64,000 bases of DNA from Rhodospirillales bacterium (GTDB lineage: Bacteria > Pseudomonadota > Alphaproteobacteria > Rhodospirillales > UBA2165): the NCBI GenBank assembly GCA_965207535.1, contig CBDBMR010000004.1, positions 18,788-82,787 of the forward strand, read 5' to 3'. Below are positions 41,800 to 51,915 of this stretch, in pieces. The notes under the pieces are model-generated. The model was given only the letters and a program-made list of their open reading frames with translations, searched no databases and had not been told where the DNA came from. The translations under genes and the position numbers were made by a program. Positions within the stretch are counted from its first letter, which is position 1. The number at the start of each line of letters is the position of its first letter.

Positions 41800-42159
41800 T
41801 CAGGTCGCTCCCTTTTCATTGCGGGTTTCGAGAAATTCCTCGTAGGACATGCCGAGTTGTTGAGCCCCCAACGGGTAGAGACCAACGTCAAAGATCGCGG
41901 CAATCCGAACGACGTTGTAGATATTGCCGCCGGCTTTCACGAGATTGAGCCAGTCGTTATCGAGGATCAGCTTCTTCTCCTCGTCCGTTAGTTCGAATTG
42001 ATCCATGACGGCGCCCGTGTTCGATTTGAATGCGTCACGGTTTTCCGCGCTGTTCAACCACTCGGCCAACCGGTTGATGCGCAAGCCTTTCTCGCTCATC
42101 GTCAAATCAAAGACGTAAGTGTCCTTGATCGATTTGCCGGGCTTTAGCTGGTCAACCAT
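41800..42159 (-). CDS. ligA: Protocatechuate 4,5-dioxygenase alpha subunit
   Basis: A small subunit directly upstream of ligB. YVFDLTMSEKGLRINRLAEWLNSAENRDAFKSN...FELTDEEKKLILDNDWLNLVKAGGNIY. Confidence 0.75.
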   Translation of the reverse strand: MVDQLKPGKSIKDTYVFDLTMSEKGLRINRLAEWLNSAENRDAFKSNTGAVMDQFELTDEEKKLILDNDWLNLVKAGGNIYNVVRIAAIFDVGLYPLGAQQLGMSYEEFLETRNEKGAT

Positions 42160-42282
42160 CTCATCACCCTCGTGTCGTGATCCAACGAACCGAGGCGATT
42201 TTAAATAGAGCGGAATAGTTGGACAATATATTATTTTTAAAACATATTATCCCATATTTATTGACAATTAGGTGGTCGAAGC

Positions 42283-43188
42283 ATGGCGAACCAGCTTGAT
42301 CAAATGAGGGCTTTCACGGCCGTCGTCGATACGGGTGGATTTACGAAAGCGACCAAGCGCACCGGTACATCGAGGGCGGCGGTAAGCCGCCATATTCTTG
42401 ATTTGGAGGAGCGGCTTGGCGCCAGGCTTCTGAACCGCACAACCAGGCAAATGAGCCTCACGGATGTGGGCAGCAACTTCTACGAAAGGTGCTGCCAAAT
42501 CCTCGACGAGATAGATATTGCGGAGCGCAGCGTTTTGGATTCCAACTCCGGGCCTCAAGGAACATTGCGCGTCGTCGCGCCAATCAATTTTGGCCTGAAC
42601 GATTTGGGAGAGGGTGTTGTCGAATTTCTACGGGAATTTCCCCTCATCCGGTTGGATTTGAGCCTGAATGACCAGTTGGTCGATCCAATGGAGGGCGGAT
42701 TTGATATCGCCATCCGTTTGCTTCAGTCCGAACCGCAGATACCGAAGACCCTAGGTATTCATCGGCTATTCCAATCAACGCGAATGCTGTGCGCGTCACC
42801 CGGCTATCTTGACCAACATGGCGAGCCGACTACGCCCGATGAGTTGGCCCGGCACCAATGCCTGTCTTACAGCTATGTCGAGGATCCCGGCATCTGGCGC
42901 CTATCCCGTAACGGTCGCGATTACCTTGTGCCTGTTTCAAGCCGGGTAACCACGAGCGCGGGACGGGTAATCGCGGCTGCGGCCGAGCAAGGTCTCGGAA
43001 TCGCCTATGGGCCGGAGGCATTTTTTCGTGAACAACTCGCCCGCGGAACCGTCAGGCAGGTAATGGGCGACTACGACCTCCCGCGCGCGTCGATCTACAG
43101 CCTGTTTGCGCGGAGCAAATATGTGCCGGCGAAAATCGATGCCTTCAATGGGTTCATGGAGCGGTTCTTCGAAGGAAAAATCTTTTGA
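42283..43188 (+). CDS. LysR-family transcriptional regulator, divergent from ligAB
   Basis: N-terminal HTH: LDQMRAFTAVVDTGGFTKATKRTGTSRAAVSRHILDLEERLGARLLNRTTR. C-terminal LysR substrate-binding domain. Confidence 0.85.
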   Translation: MANQLDQMRAFTAVVDTGGFTKATKRTGTSRAAVSRHILDLEERLGARLLNRTTRQMSLTDVGSNFYERCCQILDEIDIAERSVLDSNSGPQGTLRVVAPINFGLNDLGEGVVEFLREFPLIRLDLSLNDQLVDPMEGGFDIAIRLLQSEPQIPKTLGIHRLFQSTRMLCASPGYLDQHGEPTTPDELARHQCLSYSYVEDPGIWRLSRNGRDYLVPVSSRVTTSAGRVIAAAAEQGLGIAYGPEAFFREQLARGTVRQVMGDYDLPRASIYSLFARSKYVPAKIDAFNGFMERFFEGKIF

Positions 43189-43354
43189 CCTGCAAGCAGT
43201 CGTAGCGTGATTTCAGATGTCTCCGTTGGGTCCGGAAGCGACCAGCTCAACGTCCGCTTTCTCGGTTCGGACACGGCCCAGAGCGGACGACGCTGCGGAA
43301 TAGGTAGCTGCCGGCCGAATGAGCGCTCTCCTCTTCTGTGATCAGGTCACGAAG

Positions 43355-44998
43355 CTAGCGTCCGACAACGACATCAAGGATTTGATCCGGAATGCCCGGC
43401 TCGGTATCGCCGCGCCAGGCCACGTGCTGATCGGGGCGGATTAGCGCCAACGGCTTTTCATAAAGCGCCAACAGGCCTGGCTCGGTTACGTCTACGACCG
43501 TCATCGGAATATCACGGTCCGCCGCTGCTTTCTCAAACCCCGTCACTGGGGGCGGGTTTTCACCCATGCGCAACAGCGTGAACCCGGGACCAAAGCGGTC
43601 AAACAATGACTCTCGTTCTTCAATCCAGTAGTGGGGCGCCCGCCCCCCGGGTGTTGCCGAAGGCACGTAGGCTTTTGGGTCATCGGGCGGCGGGGTCGTA
43701 CCATCGTCAACGATGATCGGCGAGCCGTCATACCGGGCCCCAAGCTGAATTCCCAAGCTGGCGAATTCTTCGCGAAAGGTTTCCACTTCGTTTGCGAATT
43801 CGGCGCGTTCAGCGTCCCCTTCCGGCGAGTCCTCTTCGATGTGGGGCGGTATCTCAAGATTGGCAATTTGTTCAGCGAGATTGCCGGACTCCGTGGTGTT
43901 GCGCACGCCGATGGGTTGGCGTTCCGCTTCGTAGCTCTCGAGCAATTTGGCCCCGCCCCAGCCGTGGTGAACGGCGGCCAGCTTCCAGGCCAGGTTCGCG
44001 GCATCATCCATGCCTGTGTTGAAGCCGAATCCGCCCGAAGGCGTGAATAAGTGAACCGAGTCGCCGGCGAGCAGAACCCGATCCGACTGATAGTGATCCA
44101 GTACCAGGGCAAGCCCAGCCCACCATTCCTGGACGGATACGACCTCGGCACCGACATCAGCTCCGATGGTCGTGTGAAACAATTCCTGAATATCGATGTC
44201 CTCGATTTCGGCGTCCTTGTCGATATGGGCAAGAATGACGAACTCCCCCTGGCAATCGAGGGAGATGCAGTCGAACCGCCGATCGGAGTTGATCGTCAGG
44301 TAGTGCCATCCGATGGGCATCGTCAAAATGTCATAGACCTTGGGGGCGCGAAGGTAGATCGAGAGCATGCGCCCGTCATAAAAGTCGGTGCCCGAAGACG
44401 AGCGGCCGCTGTATTTGAAACCGAGCCTCCGGCGGATCATTCCATTCCCGCCATCGCATCCGATCATGTAGCCGGCTCGGACAGCCTTGGTCTCGCCGGT
44501 GGATATTTCCTCTATTTCGGCCTCGACAAAGCCATCGCCCTGTTCAAATTCGTTCATCCGCCAGCCGAAGCGCAAATCGGAGGCCGGGTGCATTTCAGCG
44601 TGCCGCCGAAACACCGGCTCAAGATAAAATTGATTGCAGCGATGAATGGGTTCAGGCGTCAGCAGTGTCGGGCCCCACGGTCCCGGGTTGCCGACTTTTT
44701 CGTTGGTGCTGGGCATCTCGATCCTGCCCAGTTCGTACCCGTTGAATCGAGTCAGATAGACGATATCGGTTGAATAATCCGGTGGAACACCAATCTGCCG
44801 CAGCTCGGCCGCGACACCAAGGCGCCGCAAGTGCTCCATCGACCTTGCATTGACCGTACTGCCCTTGGGGTGGGTCGACGTCGTTTCCTTGACGTCGACA
44901 AGTAGAAACGGAACGTCCTTTACGCCCAACTCAACGGCAAGAAACAGGCCTACCGTCCCGCCGCCAACGATTAGTACAGGTGTCTCGATGTCTGCCAT
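43355..44998 (-). CDS. FAD-dependent aromatic-ring monooxygenase (PheA/TfdB-type)
   Basis: VLIVGGGTVGLFLAVELG (GxGxxG), LLAGDSVHLFTPSGGFGFNTGMDDAANLAWKL, and a thioredoxin-like C-terminal domain. The start is either ATG at 44998 or TTG at 45031. Confidence 0.75.
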   Translation of the reverse strand: MADIETPVLIVGGGTVGLFLAVELGVKDVPFLLVDVKETTSTHPKGSTVNARSMEHLRRLGVAAELRQIGVPPDYSTDIVYLTRFNGYELGRIEMPSTNEKVGNPGPWGPTLLTPEPIHRCNQFYLEPVFRRHAEMHPASDLRFGWRMNEFEQGDGFVEAEIEEISTGETKAVRAGYMIGCDGGNGMIRRRLGFKYSGRSSSGTDFYDGRMLSIYLRAPKVYDILTMPIGWHYLTINSDRRFDCISLDCQGEFVILAHIDKDAEIEDIDIQELFHTTIGADVGAEVVSVQEWWAGLALVLDHYQSDRVLLAGDSVHLFTPSGGFGFNTGMDDAANLAWKLAAVHHGWGGAKLLESYEAERQPIGVRNTTESGNLAEQIANLEIPPHIEEDSPEGDAERAEFANEVETFREEFASLGIQLGARYDGSPIIVDDGTTPPPDDPKAYVPSATPGGRAPHYWIEERESLFDRFGPGFTLLRMGENPPPVTGFEKAAADRDIPMTVVDVTEPGLLALYEKPLALIRPDQHVAWRGDTEPGIPDQILDVVVGR

Positions 44999-45288
44999 GA
45001 CCGTGTTCGCAATGGTTTTCGGTTCGGACAAGCAAGCCCATAGAGTTGCTGTTTGATAGTAACTCTGTCAATGGGACCAGCGGTCGGAAACGACCAACCT
45101 GAAGCGCAGTGGTGGATTGCGCCTCACCAGGTGATAAGCCGCTGCGACCTGTCATCAAATTCGGACAGATGAGTTTTATGGTGATGACAACGCACCGGGG
45201 GGTTCGCATATTTGCACGTAATCAATAACCGCCGTCTAAACGGGGCGGTCAAACTGGCAGACCTACTATTCTAGAACGCATTGTCAAA

Positions 45289-45750
45289 ATGCTGGCCCTG
45301 GTCAGCGGAGTGACTCTCTTGGCGCTCATGTGCCTGATCGTCTACTCCGTCTTCATGCGGCGCGTCTTTAACGCCCCGCCCCTCGGGGTCTATGACACCG
45401 CCGAAGTCATGCTGATCCCCGTGGTTGCGTTTTCGTTGGCGTATACGGGCCTGACCAAGGGCCACATCTTCGTTGATCTGCTGTCGTCGTTCGCGAAACC
45501 GCGCACCATTCAGAGGAGCGATGCCGTCGTCCTGCTTGTCTGCGGGCTGCTGGTCGCGCTCCTGACCTGGGAGAGTATTCTTTTGGGCGTCCGCGCGATC
45601 GAGGTGAACGAAGTCACACAGATGGTCGAGATACCCTATTTCCCGTTCATTGCGGCGCTGGCGCTGGGCGCGGCGTTGTTCGCCATCGTCCTGTTCAAGC
45701 AGGCCTGGCAGGCACTCAAAGGCATAGAGAGTCCCCCGGAACATGACTAA
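45289..45750 (+). CDS. TRAP transporter small permease (DctQ-type)
   Basis: Four-TM profile. LALMCLIVYSVFMRRVFNAPPLGVYDTAEVML. It overlaps the start of the large permease gene. Confidence 0.75.
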   Translation: MLALVSGVTLLALMCLIVYSVFMRRVFNAPPLGVYDTAEVMLIPVVAFSLAYTGLTKGHIFVDLLSSFAKPRTIQRSDAVVLLVCGLLVALLTWESILLGVRAIEVNEVTQMVEIPYFPFIAALALGAALFAIVLFKQAWQALKGIESPPEHD

Positions 45751-47056
45751 CACCATGTTCGGGCTGGTTGGGCTTGCGAGCCTGTTCACCTTGCTGGCGC
45801 TCCGCATGCCGGTGGCCATTGCCATGGCGCTGGTGGGCGTCGTCGGCTTTGGCGTCATGAATGGCTGGTCGCCCGCCATATCCATGCTGGCCGACGAGGC
45901 CTTCGTCATCTCCAACAACTATGAACTCATCGTCATTCCGCTGTTCATTCTGATGGGCAACTTCGCTTCCGTGTCGGGTATGAGCCGTGACCTGTACAAC
46001 GCGGCCTATAGCTGGTTCGGCCACTGGCGGGGCGGGCTTGCCTCGGCGACCATCGCAGCCTGCGCGGGCTTTGCCGCCCTGTCCGGCTCTTCGGTCGCCT
46101 CGGCGGTGACCATGGGGCGGGTGTCGCTGCCGGAGATGAAGCGGTACAATTACAATTCCAAGCTGGCGACGGGCTGTATCGCCGCGGGCGGCACACTCGG
46201 CATACTGATCCCGCCGTCCACCGGCTTTATCATCTACGCCATCCTCACCGAGGAATCCATCGGCCGGCTGTTTCTCGCCGGCGTGATTCCGGGCATTCTG
46301 CTGGCCGTCCTGTTCATCGTTTCGATCTACATTCAGACCCGCATCAATCCGGAACTGGGACCGGCGGGTCCGAGGGCTTCGGCAAAGCAGCGGGTGCAGT
46401 CCGTCGGCCAATCGACGGCGATGATCGTCATCGTCCTGATCACCATCGGTGGGATTTACGGCGGCGTGTTTACGCCGACCGAGGCGGCCGGCGTCGGGGC
46501 CATGCTGTCGTTTCTCCTGACGCTTTATCGCCGGCGTTTGACGCGCGAGTCGCTGGCCGACGTGTTGTATCGGACAATTCGGACGACGGGTCTGGTATTC
46601 TTCATCCTGATCGGCGCCCATGTCTTCAATCCGTTCTTGGCGCTGACCGAGATACCGTCGGACCTCGCCAGCCTGCTGACCGGGCTGGACGTTTCGCCCA
46701 TCACGGTCATTCTCATCCTGATGGGCGCCTACATCGTGCTCGGGTCGTTCCTCGAGGGCTTTGCCATGCTCGTCCTGACCCTGCCCATCGTGCATCCGTT
46801 GATCGTCGAGTTGGGATTCGACCCCATCTGGTTCGGTGTATTGATCGTCATCATCATTGAAATCGGATTGATCACACCGCCCGTCGGTGTCAACGTATTC
46901 GTCGTTAAGGGGATCGCCGGCGATGTGCCGCTCCGGCACATTTTCGCCGGGGTCATTCCATTTTGGATCGCGATGATCGTCTGCATCCTGATTTTGATCG
47001 TGTTTCCCGAGATCGCCCTGTTCTTGCCGAACACGATGATCGAGGCGACCGGATAG
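45743..47056 (+). CDS. TRAP transporter large permease (DctM-type)
   Basis: 437-aa polytopic protein. FILMGNFASVSGMSRDLY...AALSGSSVASAVTMG. Confidence 0.85.
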   Translation: MTNTMFGLVGLASLFTLLALRMPVAIAMALVGVVGFGVMNGWSPAISMLADEAFVISNNYELIVIPLFILMGNFASVSGMSRDLYNAAYSWFGHWRGGLASATIAACAGFAALSGSSVASAVTMGRVSLPEMKRYNYNSKLATGCIAAGGTLGILIPPSTGFIIYAILTEESIGRLFLAGVIPGILLAVLFIVSIYIQTRINPELGPAGPRASAKQRVQSVGQSTAMIVIVLITIGGIYGGVFTPTEAAGVGAMLSFLLTLYRRRLTRESLADVLYRTIRTTGLVFFILIGAHVFNPFLALTEIPSDLASLLTGLDVSPITVILILMGAYIVLGSFLEGFAMLVLTLPIVHPLIVELGFDPIWFGVLIVIIIEIGLITPPVGVNVFVVKGIAGDVPLRHIFAGVIPFWIAMIVCILILIVFPEIALFLPNTMIEATG

Positions 47057-47143
47057 ACTGATTGGAGGGGTATCCCAATAAGTCCGGGTCAAAAAATAGC
47101 CCGGCGCATCAATTCCAAACGAACGTGCAAGGAGGTAGTCACG

Positions 47144-48178
47144 ATGAAGACCATGAAAACGACTTTGATGCTGACGGCATTTGCCGCCGGCATTGCCGGC
47201 CTGGCCGGGGCGCCGGCACCGTCCTCGGCCAGCACCGTGGAACTAAAACTCGCATCCTTCACAGGCCCCAAACATGCCATGAACCGGGCCTTCTTCACCC
47301 CGTGGGTGAAAAAAGTCGGCGCGGAATCCAACGGCACATTGCAGATCAAGATGTTCGTCGGCGGCAAGCTCGGCAAGGGCGGCCCGCGCCAGTTCAAGCG
47401 CGCGGTGGACGGTGTGGCGGACATTACTTTCGGCCTGCAAGGCTACACGTCCAGCCAGTTCCGCCGCACATCGCTGATCGAACTGCCGGGAATCGCCAAC
47501 AATGGCGTCGAAGCCACCCGCGCGCTGTGGGCGGCCTATGAGGGCCACCTGGAAAAAGAGTACGGCGAGGTCAAACTCCTGTTCATGTGGTCGGTTGACC
47601 GTCCGGTCATCATGACCAAGAACAAGCCGATCAAATCCATTTCCGACCTCGAGGGCATGAAGATCCGCACGCCCTCGCAGGCCCAGGCGAAGACGCTGAA
47701 GTCTTTGGGCGCGGTGCCGATCGCCATGCCCATCACCAAGGTTTACAACGCCATGGCGCGGGGACTGCTCGACGGCGTCTTGACCTCGACCACGACCCTG
47801 ACCGGCTTCAAACTCATCGAGGTCACCAAATACTTCACCGAAGGATTGCCGTGGGGAACCTCGCCCATGTTCCTGGTGATGAACAAGAACTCGTACAACG
47901 GCCTGTCGGCGGCGCACAAGGCGGTCATCGACCGGACCACCGGTCCGAAACACAGTGAAATGGGATCGGCGGTCTATGACAAGGAGAGCGTCGACGGCTT
48001 CAATCTGGTCCGCAACTCGAAGAACCACGAACTGTACAGGTTCTCCGACGCGGAGATCCGAAAAGGAACCAATCTCCTGATGAAGGCGGCCGGCGACATT
48101 ATCGCCGAGACCGAAGCCGGCGGCGTTCAGGCGCGGACGATCGTCAAGAAAATGAAAGCGGCGAATCCGACGAATTAG
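47144..48178 (+). CDS. TRAP transporter solute-binding protein (DctP-type)
   Basis: SD AAGGAGG upstream, with a signal peptide. Last gene of the QMP set. Confidence 0.8.
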   Translation: MKTMKTTLMLTAFAAGIAGLAGAPAPSSASTVELKLASFTGPKHAMNRAFFTPWVKKVGAESNGTLQIKMFVGGKLGKGGPRQFKRAVDGVADITFGLQGYTSSQFRRTSLIELPGIANNGVEATRALWAAYEGHLEKEYGEVKLLFMWSVDRPVIMTKNKPIKSISDLEGMKIRTPSQAQAKTLKSLGAVPIAMPITKVYNAMARGLLDGVLTSTTTLTGFKLIEVTKYFTEGLPWGTSPMFLVMNKNSYNGLSAAHKAVIDRTTGPKHSEMGSAVYDKESVDGFNLVRNSKNHELYRFSDAEIRKGTNLLMKAAGDIIAETEAGGVQARTIVKKMKAANPTN

Positions 48179-48327
48179 GTTCCCGAAACAGGTAAATTTT
48201 CCAATACGGACTGGGGCATCGGCGTATCCGATGCCCCAATTTTTTTGCCGGCGCTCCGGCTGCCTCGAATTTGGATCGATATATCCCGTGTCCGCTCTGG
48301 GCCGGGAGGCGGACGTTCGCACTGCGT

Positions 48328-49479
48328 TTATTGCAGCGCCATTGCCGCACCTTGAGCAAGATTGGCTAGTTTCCTCCACACGACCGAACGGGCCACCACT
48401 TCCCGGCCGGCAACGGTGCCGAAACCGCAATCGGTTCCGGCAATCACCCGGTCCCCGCCAACGATTTCCACGAACGACTTCAGGCGCTGGGCGATCAGAC
48501 GGGGGGTCTCCACCAGATTGGTGGTGGTATCGATGACACCCGGAATGAGAACGGTATCGTCGTTCAGTTTTGCCGCCTGCCAGTCTTCCCACTCATGGGC
48601 ATGGGCGGGGTTGGCGGCCTCGAACAGGATCGCCGGCGGATTGGCCTTCATGAGCGCCGGGATAATTTTTGCGACCGGCAGATCATGGGTATGGGGGCCG
48701 GGATAGTTGCCCCAGCAAATGTGCATGCGGAGCCGATCCTTGGGTAATCCCTCGGTGGCAACATTAAGGGCCTCGATATTTCGTTCGGCGACCATGAGGA
48801 AAGTCTCGTCGGAAACATCCTGGTAGTTCATGTGGCGGATCATGGCCAGATCCGGACAATCGATCTGGAGTTGGAATCCGGCGTCCAGGATCGCCTCATA
48901 TTCCGTCCGCATGGCGGATGCCAAGGCGGCCAGGAATGTTTCCTCGTTGCCGTAATGCAGATCGTGGACGAAGTGGGCGAGAGTGCCGGGCGCGGCGCTG
49001 TTGATGAAGGCCGACGACGGTTCGACACCCGCCTTCCTCGCGGCGGCCGTCAAATTGGCGATATCACGTTCCACCGGGCCTGTGTCTTCGTAGGAGATCG
49101 GCCCCTCGCAGACGACCGGAGCCAGCAACCGGCGGGCGGTGCCGCGTCCGGGCCCCTCTCCCACATCGGGATGATCCCCCTGATCCCGGGGCGGCTTGGG
49201 CGGGCCGCCGCCAGGCTGCCCCGTCGTCACGCCGGCCAGCCTATGTTTCACATAGTGGGTATAGGAGGACTTGCTCATCTCTCCATCACCTACGATGTTG
49301 ATCCCGGCGTCGACCTGCTGGGCAACCGCGCTGTCGACGGCCTCCGTGGTTTGCCGATGGAGTTCGTCCCGGTCGTGGACCTCACCCCCGTCCTCCAGGA
49401 TCAGCAGATCAAAAAGCGGTTCCGGACGGGGAAGGCTACCGACGTGAGTGGTTTGGAGGGGAGAAGCCAAGCTGGTCAT
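48328..49479 (-). CDS. Cobalamin-independent methionine synthase (MetE C-terminal domain)-like family protein
   Basis: TTHVGSLPRPEPL...INIVGDGEMSKSSYTHYV...IDCPDLA...MHICWGNY are features of the MetE-like Zn methyltransferase fold. Confidence 0.65.
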   Translation of the reverse strand: MTSLASPLQTTHVGSLPRPEPLFDLLILEDGGEVHDRDELHRQTTEAVDSAVAQQVDAGINIVGDGEMSKSSYTHYVKHRLAGVTTGQPGGGPPKPPRDQGDHPDVGEGPGRGTARRLLAPVVCEGPISYEDTGPVERDIANLTAAARKAGVEPSSAFINSAAPGTLAHFVHDLHYGNEETFLAALASAMRTEYEAILDAGFQLQIDCPDLAMIRHMNYQDVSDETFLMVAERNIEALNVATEGLPKDRLRMHICWGNYPGPHTHDLPVAKIIPALMKANPPAILFEAANPAHAHEWEDWQAAKLNDDTVLIPGVIDTTTNLVETPRLIAQRLKSFVEIVGGDRVIAGTDCGFGTVAGREVVARSVVWRKLANLAQGAAMALQ

Positions 49480-49503
49480 CGAGACATTATCCTTAAATTT
49501 GCC

Positions 49504-51852
49504 CTAGGAGCGGGCAGGGTATTCCTGACGGGCAAAAAAGCGGTGTACGGCCAGAAGAATCAGAGCGGCGGCCAAGGCGCTCACGGCTATGAGCGGAGAC
49601 TTGAATAGGATGAGAACCGCAAGAACCAGCCGAAGACAGACCGAGAGGTTGGAGATGCGCGCGGCGTCGAAGAGGCTCAACGCGCTGGCGACAAGATAGA
49701 GGCTCACCAGGAGGCGGGCGAGCAACCAGGCCAGCCCCGGGAAATCGACCGACCCGTCATAGCCGGGCAAGAACTTCCTTCCGCCCTCGCCGCCTGACGG
49801 CGCAAGTTGGGCCTGCTCGATCAGCAGCAATTCCGGATAAAATGCGAAGACAAAGGGAATGACGAACATCACGATTCCGGCTCGGACGGCCGCCACTCCC
49901 GTCGCCATGGGGTCCGCTTTGGTAATGGAAGCCGCGGCAAACGCAGCGATTGCAACGGGCGGCGTTATCGAAGAGGCAACGGCAAAATAGAAGACAAACA
50001 TATGAGCCGTCAGAGTGGAAACGCCGAGGGCAATCAACAAAGGTCCGAGCAGCAATATGACATTCACATATGCCGGTAGCGTCGGCATCCCCATGCCCAG
50101 GAGGATCGCGGCCAACATGCCGATGGTAAGCGCGACAAACAGATAGAGAGGCCCGCCTAACGCAAACTCCATTCCCAGGAAGGAAAAGTGCTCGATGGAC
50201 GACAGCCATTTCAGGACATCCCCTGTAATGAGGCCCGGCAGGTCGGTAAAGCTGATACAGATATCGATAACCGCAACGGCGAAGAACATCAGGAACAGGC
50301 GGCTGATAACCACGCCGCCGTCGGAGAGGACTCTCAGGACGATCCTTGGCTTTTGCCGGATGGCGGAGTCCATGAACAGCATCCCCAGCAACACCATGAC
50401 CGCCCAAAAGCCGGCGGAGTCGGGATCGCCCGCGGCATTTCTTATGAGCAGCAGCCCCCAGGGCATTTCCTCACCGGAACCGACGTCATAGCCAACCCAT
50501 TGCGCCAGGGTGCCCGAGGTCAGGGCATCCTTGGACGTCAGCAGCAGAACCAAAATCACCAGGATCGGGACGAATACCATCGCCAGATTCATCCAATCAG
50601 CCCGGGTAAGCCGCATCTCCGCCGTAAGCTCACCGACCCGCTGGATGTTCTGTCGGCGGGATTCGAAGACCACGGTCATGAACAGGCTGGCAAAATAGGC
50701 GATGGCCGGCAGAAACGCCGCAATGATGATCTCGGAATAGGGGATTGCGGTGAGCGACGCCAAAACGAAGGCGGCGACCCCCATCACTGGCGGCATGATT
50801 TGACCACCGCTGGAGGCCGCGGCCTCGACCCCGCCGGAGAATGTGCGTTTAAATCCGCGTTCGGCCATCATGGGAATGGTCAGCGTGCCGGTACCCAGCA
50901 CATTGACCACCGGTCCACCCGAGATGGTGCCGAATAGAGCGGAGGAGACGATTGCCGCATGGGCAGGGCCGCCCCGTAAATGCCGGGTTATCACCACGGC
51001 CAGCTTGATCAAGGAGCGGCCTCCGGCCGAAGCGCCGAATAGGACCCCCAGAATGACATAGGGGAAAACGATGTTCATGAGCACGTTGAGGAACTGACCC
51101 AACAGGCCGTGTGATTCCAGGGTAATGGCATCGCTGGCCCCGGTGATCGCCTTGTCGAATGTGCGTCCCGACGGCAGGTCCGCGCCTATAACCGTGATCA
51201 GGTACTTGTTGCCCGACCAGTCGAACAGCCAGGAGAGCGAACTGAGGATTGTGTAAATCGTGAAAATGATGGCGATGGCCACCAAGGGAAAGCCCCAGAC
51301 CTTGATGTTATAGACGAAGAACATGGAGACGATGCCGAGAAGGATGGGGATCACCCATCCGCCCAGCTGCGCTTGGCACTGGGGCAACTCTTCCGGCGGG
51401 TCGGTTCCGAATAAGGTTCGGTATTCCTCCGCGCGGGCGGCATTGGCCGCCAGAATACGGTCTCGTTCCCCGGTGATCTGATCGATCAGGCAGACCTGAT
51501 CATTCTGAATCCAATAGGCCAGGACCAGCAGTACCGTCGTCAGCACCATGACCACGTCGGTGGTGAGGCCGACGGAAAATCGCGCCGCCCCGCGGTCCCT
51601 CCAGTCCCGGGCGAAGGAATCGTTCAGAACGACGACAACCATCATTATCAAAAAGACGATGGGGAACAGGAATTCCGCATCGAATTTGGAAATGCGTTGG
51701 ATGCCGCCCAATCCGGGAACCATCCGCACGAGTTCGAGCAGACCCGGCACCGTCGGCAAATTGTTGATCATGCCGATAACGACCAGGATCAGACCCAACC
51801 CCAGCGCCAAGCGCTGGGCCCAATCCTGCGTCTCGGGATTCCGGTCCGGCAT
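49504..51852 (-). CDS. TAXI-type TRAP transporter fused permease (4TM/12TM fusion)
   Basis: 782-aa polytopic protein adjacent to a TAXI solute-binding protein gene. Confidence 0.8.
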   Translation of the reverse strand: MPDRNPETQDWAQRLALGLGLILVVIGMINNLPTVPGLLELVRMVPGLGGIQRISKFDAEFLFPIVFLIMMVVVVLNDSFARDWRDRGAARFSVGLTTDVVMVLTTVLLVLAYWIQNDQVCLIDQITGERDRILAANAARAEEYRTLFGTDPPEELPQCQAQLGGWVIPILLGIVSMFFVYNIKVWGFPLVAIAIIFTIYTILSSLSWLFDWSGNKYLITVIGADLPSGRTFDKAITGASDAITLESHGLLGQFLNVLMNIVFPYVILGVLFGASAGGRSLIKLAVVITRHLRGGPAHAAIVSSALFGTISGGPVVNVLGTGTLTIPMMAERGFKRTFSGGVEAAASSGGQIMPPVMGVAAFVLASLTAIPYSEIIIAAFLPAIAYFASLFMTVVFESRRQNIQRVGELTAEMRLTRADWMNLAMVFVPILVILVLLLTSKDALTSGTLAQWVGYDVGSGEEMPWGLLLIRNAAGDPDSAGFWAVMVLLGMLFMDSAIRQKPRIVLRVLSDGGVVISRLFLMFFAVAVIDICISFTDLPGLITGDVLKWLSSIEHFSFLGMEFALGGPLYLFVALTIGMLAAILLGMGMPTLPAYVNVILLLGPLLIALGVSTLTAHMFVFYFAVASSITPPVAIAAFAAASITKADPMATGVAAVRAGIVMFVIPFVFAFYPELLLIEQAQLAPSGGEGGRKFLPGYDGSVDFPGLAWLLARLLVSLYLVASALSLFDAARISNLSVCLRLVLAVLILFKSPLIAVSALAAALILLAVHRFFARQEYPARS

Positions 51853-51915
51853 GTCGGAGGGCGATGGCTAAGGCGGCGCCAGGCGGGCGTCCGCCGCCTT
51901 AGCCGGTCTCCCGTG

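Noticed and set aside
45716-47092. 458-aa minus-strand ORF. The same applies to 56387..57880, 60010..61104 and 61417..63015.
   Set aside because: They are antisense to DctM, NarK1 and NarG, all of which have unmistakable sequence signatures. These are shadow ORFs of high-GC coding DNA.
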